Source of the DNA: Candidatus Latescibacterota bacterium
GTDB taxonomy: Bacteria > Latescibacterota > UBA2968 > UBA8231
DNA length: 64,000 nt
Reading direction: 5' to 3'
Assembly: GCA_965242865.1 (NCBI GenBank)
Contig: CBDETK010000013.1
Span: forward strand, 2,816,001-2,880,000
Shown: positions 38,073 to 46,621 of the stretch, one piece after another
Numbering within the stretch: position 1 is the first letter of the stretch
Layout of the letters: each line of letters begins with the position of its first letter
Made by a program: the position numbers and the translations under genes
The notes under the pieces: model-generated
Told to the model about the DNA's origin: nothing
Databases searched by the model: none
Seen by the model: only the letters and a program-made list of their open reading frames with translations

Positions 38073-39225
38073 TAAATATTAACGAATCGGAGGAGCTTTT
38101 TGAAATGGCCCTAAGTGGCGGTTTAGTGGCTTTTGAGGATATTGGCCTAGGTATGGCGAAGTCTGTATCGATAGGGGTGGAAACAGGTTGGGAGCAGAAT
38201 AAAGAAAAAGCGTATCCCAAGTCGTTTATTATATATAGATTGAATGGTGTAGAGTGGAGTCGGTTTACGCGAACAGAAACTCTGAATCGGAATTGGAATA
38301 GGGCGCATCCCTTCTTTGAGCAGGCGGAGAAAAAGATTCAAGGTATAGCGAACCACCACCATCGTTCCCATTTAAGCCTGTATTTCAAAGATATGGATAA
38401 AAATGTTCATCTGAGTATTAAAAGCATTGTGGAGAGAATGATAAAAAGAATAAACTATTTGGGGCCATTCCGAGAAATACCTTCTCGTCATTTTAGACCA
38501 CAAAGAACGCCCGATGAATCACTATGGGCAAAGGGGATAGAGGCATGGAATATACTTGGCAGAGATCCTAAGTTGATCGAAAAAACAAACTCCTACATGG
38601 AAGATTTTTTGAAACTGGGATATACCATTAAGCTAGAAGAATCTGTCTCGCTAGATGCGGTCCTGACGAACCTAAACGAGCTTGACAGGCCCTACAAATT
38701 AGAAGAACAAATTGATCATATCAAAAAAGTCCCTCGCCAAATTACCTTGAAGATCCATAACGAAGAAAATGATATTGACTTGGATCTTCCAGATGTCGGT
38801 CTTGGCATTTCCCAAGTTATTCCCATTTTGGTGGGGGTTTCGCATACGGGACGGTCAGTAGCTCCTGATAAGATAGGCATTTTCGCGGTTGAAGAGCCGG
38901 AACTCCATCTTCACCCTGCCGCTCAGGTTGCACTGGGTGACGTGTTTATTGACGGCATACAAAACAGCAATCCTACCTTCCTCATCGAAACGCATTCTGA
39001 GCATTTGCTACTGCGATTGCTGCGCCGCGTACATGAGACCTCTAGTACACGGATTGATTCAAAATCCAAGTTGCCACCTAACGATTTATCTGTAGTTTAT
39101 GTTCAGGCAACGCCAGCAGGTGCTAAGTTTATCCCTGTCTCTGTAACAGATGACGGAGATTTTGATGAACCTTGGCCAGAAGGTTTTTTTGAAGAACGCG
39201 ACTCAGAACTATTTTATTATGCTTA

Positions 39226-40167
39226 GAGCGTATACGAAAATCATGTCAATCGTTTTACTACTTGAAAAATAATCAGCACGGAAGCGAGCTGAATGAATGC
39301 TTGGTAATGGGTTATCTTTTTTTCCCATCGGATCAGCAACCGGCGGAATCGATGATGCCCTGCCTGGGTTCGTTCGACGACCCATCGCCGGGGCGGATTT
39401 TTCTTTTGGGTTCGCCGTGTGTCCGGGTCGGCTTTGCCTTGGGGCACATGGATGTGATAGTCGCGTTGGGTGGCCCCTTTGAGGACTTCGGTGTATTCAT
39501 AGCCTCTGTCGAGACACAAATGGTGCAACCGATAGACGACTTTCTTGGGTCTTTCCACCACGAGACGATCCAACGTCGCCAAGGCGACGGCTTTGTCCGG
39601 CGTATTAGCCCCCGTTATTTGCACGGCCAGCGGTACGCCGCGCTGGTCGGTCCACACCGACCGTTTGGTGCCCTGTTTCCCTCGGTCCACGGGCGAAGGC
39701 CCGGTCGCTTCGCCGCCCAAGGGGGCTTTGGTAATCACCCCATCGAGGGCTTGCCATTTCCACGCAATCCCCACTTCCCTATTATAGTAGTGCAACAGGG
39801 TCTGCCACGCCCGGAAAAACACGCCTTGTTGAACCCACGGGCGGAACCGACCAGGCACCGTCGAGCCGGGAGGATAGGCTGGCCGCGGAAGGGCTTGCCA
39901 CGGGCAGCCGCTACGCAGCACAACGATCAGGGCGTCGAAAATAACGCGGTTGGGGGTGGCTGGACGTCCGACCGTGCCGGGTGGTTTATCCGGTCCCAGT
40001 ATCGGCGCGATCTGATGCCACAAGGCGTCCGGGGTATGCCAAAGCGGAGCCTGCGAATGGGTCTTGGTGACCATGACTTTCCTCCTCTGAATTGAGGTCA
40101 AATGCTACGGAAAGTGTAGGTTGCCAAGACCTTTTTATCAACTGAAAAACAATTTTCGTATACGCTC
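39226..40167 (-). mobile_element. Second, different IS5-family insertion sequence
   Basis: Perfect 15-bp TIR GAGCGTATACGAAAA / TTTTCGTATACGCTC; TTA target duplication (39223-39225, 40168-40170). Confidence 0.93.
39241..40074 (-). CDS. IS5 transposase (open frame but heavily substituted, probably inactive)
   Basis: AGGAGG RBS; LDG..TKAPLGG, DRGK.GTKRS, LCLDRGY, RWVVERT, RFRRLLIRWEKK. Confidence 0.85.
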   Translation of the reverse strand: MVTKTHSQAPLWHTPDALWHQIAPILGPDKPPGTVGRPATPNRVIFDALIVVLRSGCPWQALPRPAYPPGSTVPGRFRPWVQQGVFFRAWQTLLHYYNREVGIAWKWQALDGVITKAPLGGEATGPSPVDRGKQGTKRSVWTDQRGVPLAVQITGANTPDKAVALATLDRLVVERPKKVVYRLHHLCLDRGYEYTEVLKGATQRDYHIHVPQGKADPDTRRTQKKNPPRRWVVERTQAGHHRFRRLLIRWEKKITHYQAFIQLASVLIIFQVVKRLT

Positions 40168-41138
40168 TTAACGTTTTCGCTATTGATCCAAAAGTAGGTC
40201 GAGATTTAGATCAGTTTCGATACTGCACAAAGCACTGCCATCCATCGAAAGGGCGTTTGATTGCAGATTTGCCACCTGGCGGTTGGTCAGTAGAGACAGC
40301 TAAATGCATTGATCTATTAGATAATCTCCGTCCTGTAAAAAGAAAACAATTAAAGAGAACGCTGGAAAAGGTGCGAGCTCAACTGGTGGATCGTCCAGGC
40401 ACTAATTGGGATTATCTCGAATCTTCTTGGGTTACTAATGCAGAGAACGAACATCGGCGAGAGCCGTTTTCTTTAATTGTCAGCCCTGATTACGATGAGG
40501 CTGACGATGAGGATCGAAAGTACCCTCCGAGTGAACTCAATAATGAAGTAAGTGCTTGGAATACACCTAATGGTGTTCAAATTAAGCGCAGTCCGGGAGA
40601 ATTCGCGAAAGCTATCCTACCAATGCTTCGACTCGCTAAGGAGATCCATTTTGTAGATAGATTTTTCAATGTAAAAGCGGGGAGTTTATATACCGAAAAT
40701 TACAGGCAGATTATCGAGGATTTAGCCAAATACCACAATCCATTTTATTCTTTTCCATCACTGGTAATACATTGCTGTCCAAAAGCCGACGAAGTTTCTA
40801 CAAGCGATTACTTTAAGGATGGCCTGAAAAAACACTACGCGCCCTTAATACCACAAGAAAAGTCTATAAAGGTTCTCTTGTGGGAAACAGAAATCACACC
40901 ACCAAGAGGAGCTCATCCTTTTCACAATCGCTATGTTCTGTCTAATCATTGCGGCGTAATAGCCGGATATGGTACTGATAGCTCAAAAGACGAGACTGAT
41001 GCATCAGATACTCTTGTAATTCTTCCCGAAAACGCATACAAAGAAATATGGAGAATCCGAAAGAAAAAATGGCCCGGAGCTAGTTAAAAGAAGAGTTTAC
41101 GATTCCTGAAAAATAGAGATTTATTGCTAACCCCCGCG

Positions 41139-41373
41139 AGGCACTCAAGAACCGTCGCCGCGACGCGGTCATCGCCACCAAGTTTTTCAACCCCATGGGG
41201 CCTGGCCCAACGATTCGGGAATGTCGCGGGGGCGCATTATGAACGCCATCGAAGACAGCCTCCAGCGCCTCCAGACCGATTACATCGACCTCTATTACAT
41301 CCACCGCGTGGATACCCAAACCCCTTTGGAGGAGATGCTACGCGCCCTCGACGATTTGGTCCGCCAAGGTAAG
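41139..41373 (+). pseudogene. Internal fragment of an aldo/keto reductase gene (frameshifted)
   Basis: VIATKF..MG.GP / [33 protein letters not shown]. Confidence 0.8.
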
Positions 41374-41560
41374 CCGAAGGCTCTGACGTGGTCACCTGCT
41401 GGCTGCCTTTGGCCGAAGCCACGGTAGAGACCGGCTGCATGGAGGTCTTGCCCGGCCTCGTCGAAACCGGCTATCTCCGGCATTTGGCGGCCGGCGGCAC
41501 CACCATCGCCCCCGAGGCCATGCCCCAAACCGCACCCATTCCCAACGATTGCCGACGTTC
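41374..41560 (+). pseudogene. Internal fragment of a PhyH-family dioxygenase gene
   Basis: [22 protein letters not shown] motif; GC-rich; no start or end. Confidence 0.6.
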
Positions 41561-41629
41561 AAAAAACGCCGGCAATTTTTTTATGATCAAGAGACTTCTG
41601 ACGGCTCTACAGCAGCGATTTTTCAGGTC

Positions 41630-41758
41630 TCCTTGACAAAATATGTAAAACGTATCAAATTATTGTTTCCTATGTCAAACTATTGATTTATAATATAGAC
41701 ACTTGGTTGTCAATATGGACATCTGACAGGCGTTATAGACCAAATCTACCTTGCTCCC
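41630..41758 (+). promoter_or_regulatory. AT-rich promoter region of the TonB-receptor operon
   Basis: TTGACA at 41633 and TATAAT at 41689 (not one canonical pair); GTTTCCTATGTCAAA may be a metal-repressor operator. Confidence 0.4.
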
Positions 41759-44074
41759 ATGTACGCACTCTTTGCCTACTGTGTTTTTATGACGATCTGT
41801 GCCGCTCCAGCGGTCGCCCAAAGCGGAACGACCGTCATTAGCGGTACGATTACCGACAGCACTGGGGTCCCCCTCGCGGGGATCGCGGTCTCGCTAGCCG
41901 AGGTAGGCACCTATACGGATGCCGACGGCCAGTACGTGCTCACGAACCTCCGGCCTGGTTCCTATACTCTAGCCATTTCCGCTATCGGTTATCAGAAACA
42001 ATCTCTCGCAATTGCACTGGTCGCGGGCCAAACCCTGACTCTCGACGCCGCTCTCGCAGAAGAGATTTTCTCAGTACAGGAAACCATCGTAGAGGGCAAG
42101 TCGGCTGCGGAACAACTGCGGCAACGGGGGTACGCGGTCTCCGTAATTGAGAGCGCGAGACAGAAGAATTTAACTTCCGACGTCAATGCGGTCCTTAAAA
42201 GCATCCCAGGGATCAACCTGCGGCAGACCGGTGGGCTTGGGTCGGGCTTCAGGCTCTCCTTAAACGGGTTGTCGGGCAACCAGATCCGTTACTTTATCGA
42301 CGGTGTGCCGATGGAAAATTTCGGCGCGGCCCTGTCGCTTGACAACTACCCCGTCAACCTCATTGACAAGATAGAGGTTTACAAGGGCGTAGTACCCGTG
42401 TCGCTCGGGGCCGACGCCTTGGGCGGGGCCGTCAATATAGTGACCGACCTCCAACAGCGGTCATTTCTCGATGTAGCCTTTGGCAATGGATCGTTCACTA
42501 CGCGACGGGCCTCGTTCAACGGCCAGTACGCCGACGGAGACTTCTTCCTCAAGATCGCGTCCTTTTACAACCACGCGGACAACGACTACTGGATGGACGA
42601 TAGCCCGGTCCACGACTTGGAGTTGGGCAATGCGCTAGGCGCGATACGCACTCGGCGATTCCACGACGACTTTACCTCAGCCATGGTACAAGGCGAAGCA
42701 GGGTTGCTCGCTAAAAAGCGTGCGGATAGGCTCTCGCTAGGAGTTATCGCGGCGGTGAGTAGGAAGGATTACCAACACCCGGACAACAACATCAACCGGG
42801 TATTCGGGGGATTTCACACGACCAACAGCACCGTCTTGTCGTCGATAAACTACGGCAACCGATTCACCGACAACTTGGCCCTGAAGCTCTTTGCCATCAG
42901 CGGTCGAATAATTACCAACGTGGTGGACGCCAGCACCCGCAAGTACAACTGGACTGGCGATTCTATGGAACGATCACCGGACGATCCCAAGGGCGAATTA
43001 GCCGAACGGCGCTCCTCGCTCGAATTGTCGGATTGGATACTGAGGAGCAATATCGGCACCGATTACTCCATAGACGAGCGACATAGCCTGAGTCTAAACG
43101 CCACCCAGAGCTATCTGCGACGGACAGGTGAGGACACAGTAGATCGCTTCAATCGCTCCTTTGAGTCCCCTAACTACATCCACAAGAACTTGCTCGGCCT
43201 AGCCTATACATACAGCCGCGCCGACGCCTTTGAAGCCACCATTTTCGGTAAGCGTTACTGGTATGCTGGACGGATCATCACCCAAGACTACCAAAACAAC
43301 GACATAACGACCCGAACCGAGCTAGATGCAACAGGATACGGCTTAGCCGTATCGTACCGCCCTACCGCCACCATCCAGCTAAAGTCGTCCTTTGAACGGG
43401 CATATCGCGTTCCAGAAGGCTTTGAGATTCTCGGCGATGGCATCTACATCAACCCCAACCCTGCGTTGCGACCAGAGACCAGCCGCAATTTCAACCTAGG
43501 CTGGCGCTTGACCCCACATCTAGTCAAAGCGGAAGCCAACTTCTTCTATCGCTTCTCGGAGGATTTTATCCGCTTCAACCCCCTAGGGCCATTCGGCGAA
43601 TACGAAAACCTAGAGGACGTGAGAACAGTGGGAGTGGAAGGAGAGATCGACACCAATTACCGCGATCTCGTCGCCGTCAATGCCAACATCACCTATCAGC
43701 TCCTGACCGACCAGACTCGCTTTGACGAAGGGCTACCCAACGCCAATTACCGCAGCAGGATTCCCAACGTGCCTCACCTTTTTGCCAATACTCGAATCGG
43801 CTTGAGCCGCAACCGGCGGTGGCACTTCTACTGGAGTATCCACTTCGTCGAGGCGTTTTTCCTACTGTGGGAAAACTTGGGCGACAGGGAACACAAAAAC
43901 ATCATCCCTCGACAGTTGACTCACGACTTCGAGACCGAGTACGCGCTAAACGGTGGTCTCTACAACGCATCCCTAACCGTCAACAACCTCACCAACGCGC
44001 GCGTCTATGACCACTTCAACATCCAGAAACCGGGCCGGTCCGTACATATCAAAATCAGGTATTCTCTCAAGTAA
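41759..44074 (+). CDS. TonB-dependent receptor with N-terminal carboxypeptidase-regulatory-like domain
   Basis: Signal peptide; ISGTITD..G.PL.G; plug (PGINLRQTGGLGS, IEVYKG..P..LGADALGG); LRPETS.N; NLTN..Y......PGR C-terminus. Confidence 0.92.
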   Translation: MYALFAYCVFMTICAAPAVAQSGTTVISGTITDSTGVPLAGIAVSLAEVGTYTDADGQYVLTNLRPGSYTLAISAIGYQKQSLAIALVAGQTLTLDAALAEEIFSVQETIVEGKSAAEQLRQRGYAVSVIESARQKNLTSDVNAVLKSIPGINLRQTGGLGSGFRLSLNGLSGNQIRYFIDGVPMENFGAALSLDNYPVNLIDKIEVYKGVVPVSLGADALGGAVNIVTDLQQRSFLDVAFGNGSFTTRRASFNGQYADGDFFLKIASFYNHADNDYWMDDSPVHDLELGNALGAIRTRRFHDDFTSAMVQGEAGLLAKKRADRLSLGVIAAVSRKDYQHPDNNINRVFGGFHTTNSTVLSSINYGNRFTDNLALKLFAISGRIITNVVDASTRKYNWTGDSMERSPDDPKGELAERRSSLELSDWILRSNIGTDYSIDERHSLSLNATQSYLRRTGEDTVDRFNRSFESPNYIHKNLLGLAYTYSRADAFEATIFGKRYWYAGRIITQDYQNNDITTRTELDATGYGLAVSYRPTATIQLKSSFERAYRVPEGFEILGDGIYINPNPALRPETSRNFNLGWRLTPHLVKAEANFFYRFSEDFIRFNPLGPFGEYENLEDVRTVGVEGEIDTNYRDLVAVNANITYQLLTDQTRFDEGLPNANYRSRIPNVPHLFANTRIGLSRNRRWHFYWSIHFVEAFFLLWENLGDREHKNIIPRQLTHDFETEYALNGGLYNASLTVNNLTNARVYDHFNIQKPGRSVHIKIRYSLK

Positions 44075-44100
44075 AATTTAACCCAATCAAGGAGGTAGCC

Positions 44101-45363
44101 ATGTGGCATCTTAATTTTCCCATTATCAAGTACGGCAACAAGCTGTTTCTCCGGCTGGGAGTGGCATTCTCTTTGGCGTTGATGGCTTGCGGCGACGACG
44201 ACAAGGTGACAAATCCCGGGACAACGACTGGACCGACGGAAATATCAGGCATCACGATGGCCTTTAAGACTACTGGCGGGGACGAGACCGAATTCATCAT
44301 CACCCGGGATGACATCCTCTCCGGCGAGATTTCGGCTGTCGGCGAAGGGATCGAGCAGACCGGATGGCGATTCTACTACCCAGTCGGCAAAACCCTCTTC
44401 GCTTCGGGATACAGCGACGATAACCAATGTGCCGGCTACATCAACGATGGTAGCGGCACCTTGGCCAAAAAGGGCGAATTTATTTTTGAAAACGCGCTGG
44501 AAATGTTCGGTCACTCTGACGATGATCAGACACTGCTGGCGATGGAGATCCCTAGGGCGGGTTTTGCCAATCGCCGGCTCCACTTCGTCGACGTCAACAC
44601 CGTATTTGTGACCAAGATCGTAGGTACGCAAATTTTCGCGTCGTCGGATTCGCTCGTGGCGTGGCCGACCGCTCTCCAAGTCAGAGGCGATAAGCTCTTC
44701 GTGCCTTTCCACAAGCTAGACGCTGCTGGCTTTTTCACCACTCCCAGCCCGGACAGCGCCTTCGTCGCCGTTTATTCCTATCCCGATGTTGGCTCCGAGC
44801 CGGAAAAGATCATCGCCGACCCTAGAACGTCCAATATCGGCGTCAACGGTGCCACTACCGGCTTGATCGAAACCGCCAGCGGCGACCTGTATTCCTTTTC
44901 CAGCGGTGCCGCAATGGCCGGCTTTTCCCCCGCTTCTACCAAGCCCTCGGGCATCTTGAGGATACGGTCGGGTAGCACCGACTTCGATCCCGATTACTTC
45001 TTTGATGTCGAGGCGGCGACCGGAGGCGGGAAGCTCTTCTGGTTTGATCATATCGGCGGCGAGCGGGCCATCGCACGGATCATAACATCGGATGGCGGCC
45101 TGTGGGCGGCCTTCGGCCGGGAGGTTTTTAACCAGCAGTTGGCGATCCTCGACCTAGCGAATCAGACTGCGACCGAAGTCGCCAATGTGCCTTTACACGC
45201 CAAGCGCTATTCCTCGCCGGTGATGGTGGAAGAAGGCAAAGTCTATGTCAGCATCGAAACGGCGAGTGAAGCCCATGTCTATCAAGTGGATATCGCCACG
45301 GCGACCGCGACCCAGGGAGCTAGGATTAACGGTAAAACCATTAAAGGCTTTTACAGGTTATAG
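44101..45363 (+). CDS. DUF4374-like beta-propeller lipoprotein (XusB-like)
   Basis: GGAGG RBS; lipobox LMAC; SGILRI.SG...FD..YFFD motif; lies between a TBDR and a PepSY gene. Confidence 0.75.
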   Translation: MWHLNFPIIKYGNKLFLRLGVAFSLALMACGDDDKVTNPGTTTGPTEISGITMAFKTTGGDETEFIITRDDILSGEISAVGEGIEQTGWRFYYPVGKTLFASGYSDDNQCAGYINDGSGTLAKKGEFIFENALEMFGHSDDDQTLLAMEIPRAGFANRRLHFVDVNTVFVTKIVGTQIFASSDSLVAWPTALQVRGDKLFVPFHKLDAAGFFTTPSPDSAFVAVYSYPDVGSEPEKIIADPRTSNIGVNGATTGLIETASGDLYSFSSGAAMAGFSPASTKPSGILRIRSGSTDFDPDYFFDVEAATGGGKLFWFDHIGGERAIARIITSDGGLWAAFGREVFNQQLAILDLANQTATEVANVPLHAKRYSSPVMVEEGKVYVSIETASEAHVYQVDIATATATQGARINGKTIKGFYRL

Positions 45364-45374
45364 GCGACTGAAAG

Positions 45375-45414
45375 GGGCCTTGGTCCGCCATCTCGAACCA
45401 AGGCCCTGCCTTTT
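45375..45414 (+). terminator. Intergenic hairpin GGGCCTTGGT/ACCAAGGCCC followed by a short T run
   Basis: 10-bp perfect stem between the lipoprotein and PepSY genes. Confidence 0.5.
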
Positions 45415-45416
45415 AC

Positions 45417-46535
45417 ATGCAAAGACCAATTAAGAAGTTCGTCCTGAAGATACACGAGATCCTCGGTTTGGCCACGGGGATCGTCGTGTTCATCGTCGCC
45501 ATCACCGGCTGCTGTTGGGTATTCAAGGAGGAAATACAGGGTCTCTACCTAAAAAAGCAGGAGGTCGAAGCGCGCCAAGCCCCAATGATAACCCCCACCG
45601 CAGCCAAGATAGCGGCACAAGCGGTCTTCCCCGACAAGCATATCCACGGTACGCGCTACGGCGAGCCGGGCCAAGCCGTCGAAGTCATTTTTTACCAAGA
45701 CGAACCCCGGTTTTACCGCAGCGTCTTCCTCGATCCCTATACTGGAGACGTGTTACACTCAGAAGATCATTTTTCCGGTTTTTTTGCGTTTGTGCTAGAT
45801 GGCCATCTCAGGCTCTGGCTGCCTCCAGCAGTTGGCTCTAATGTCGTATCGGTATCTGTCTTGTTGTTTTTACTCATCCTTACCACCGGGCTCGTACTCT
45901 GGTGGCCTCATGGCAACAACCGCAAACAGCGATTCACCTTTGTCTGGCGCGATGCTACTCGGTGGCGACGGAAAAACTTCGATCTGCATGCCATCGCAGG
46001 GTTTTACGTTTTGTCCTTGTCCTTTGTGCTTGCCTTTACCGGCTGTGTTATGGCCTTTGATTGGTTTGGCTACTGGGTGTACAAATCGTCGGGAGGGACA
46101 AAAATACCGCAGTTTATTGTCCCAGACAATATACACATCGCGGGATCGCTACAGAATTCCTCTACGCGCCCCATTGATCGCCTCATCGCCCAGCTACAAA
46201 GGGACAATCCACGAGCAACCAGCTTTGAGATCCACTATCCGGCTAGCGATTCTTCCAGTATCTATGTCGAGGTGTCGCACCAACAAGGGGTTTACTACAG
46301 TTCGGACTACCGTTTCTTCGACCAAAGTACCCTTGAAGAAATCGAAACCCCAAGCATATATGGACGCTATACCGATGCCCGTTTCGCCGATAAGGTGATG
46401 CGCATGAACTACGACATCCACGTCGGTGCCATTGGGGGCCTATTAGGTAAGATCATCGCCTTTGCAGCTAGTGCGATCGCCGCAACACTGCCCGTTACGG
46501 GCTTTCTACTGTGGTATGGCAGAAGATACCGCTGA
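45417..46535 (+). CDS. PepSY-associated TM helix protein (putative ferric reductase/permease)
   Basis: H..LGL.TG, DPYTG, H..LWL, FDLH...GFY, YDIHVG, TGFLLW. Confidence 0.9.
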   Translation: MQRPIKKFVLKIHEILGLATGIVVFIVAITGCCWVFKEEIQGLYLKKQEVEARQAPMITPTAAKIAAQAVFPDKHIHGTRYGEPGQAVEVIFYQDEPRFYRSVFLDPYTGDVLHSEDHFSGFFAFVLDGHLRLWLPPAVGSNVVSVSVLLFLLILTTGLVLWWPHGNNRKQRFTFVWRDATRWRRKNFDLHAIAGFYVLSLSFVLAFTGCVMAFDWFGYWVYKSSGGTKIPQFIVPDNIHIAGSLQNSSTRPIDRLIAQLQRDNPRATSFEIHYPASDSSSIYVEVSHQQGVYYSSDYRFFDQSTLEEIETPSIYGRYTDARFADKVMRMNYDIHVGAIGGLLGKIIAFAASAIAATLPVTGFLLWYGRRYR

Positions 46536-46621
46536 TCGGTGCTTATTGCGCGATCTTGCTGCTTGGGCGTAACTTCTTACGTCCGGCCGAAACTCTCACC
46601 AAACCATTTACAGGGGGCAAC

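Larger units (their letters stand above)
36949..39225 (+). pseudogene. AAA_21-type ATPase with C-terminal DUF3696-like end, split by IS5 and lacking Walker A
   Basis: Removing the IS and one TAA joins ...REAVI-NINESEELFE-MALSGG in frame; DVGLGISQ, EEPELHLHP, ETHSE, WPEGFFEER motifs. Confidence 0.75.
39219..41087 (+). pseudogene. Partner gene of the DUF3696 ATPase, separated from its start codon by the second IS
   Basis: Removing the IS restores ATG CTT AAC GTT TTC GCT ATT GAT CCA (MLNVFAIDP) in frame with ORF 40257-41087; C-terminal FHNRY motif. Confidence 0.75.
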
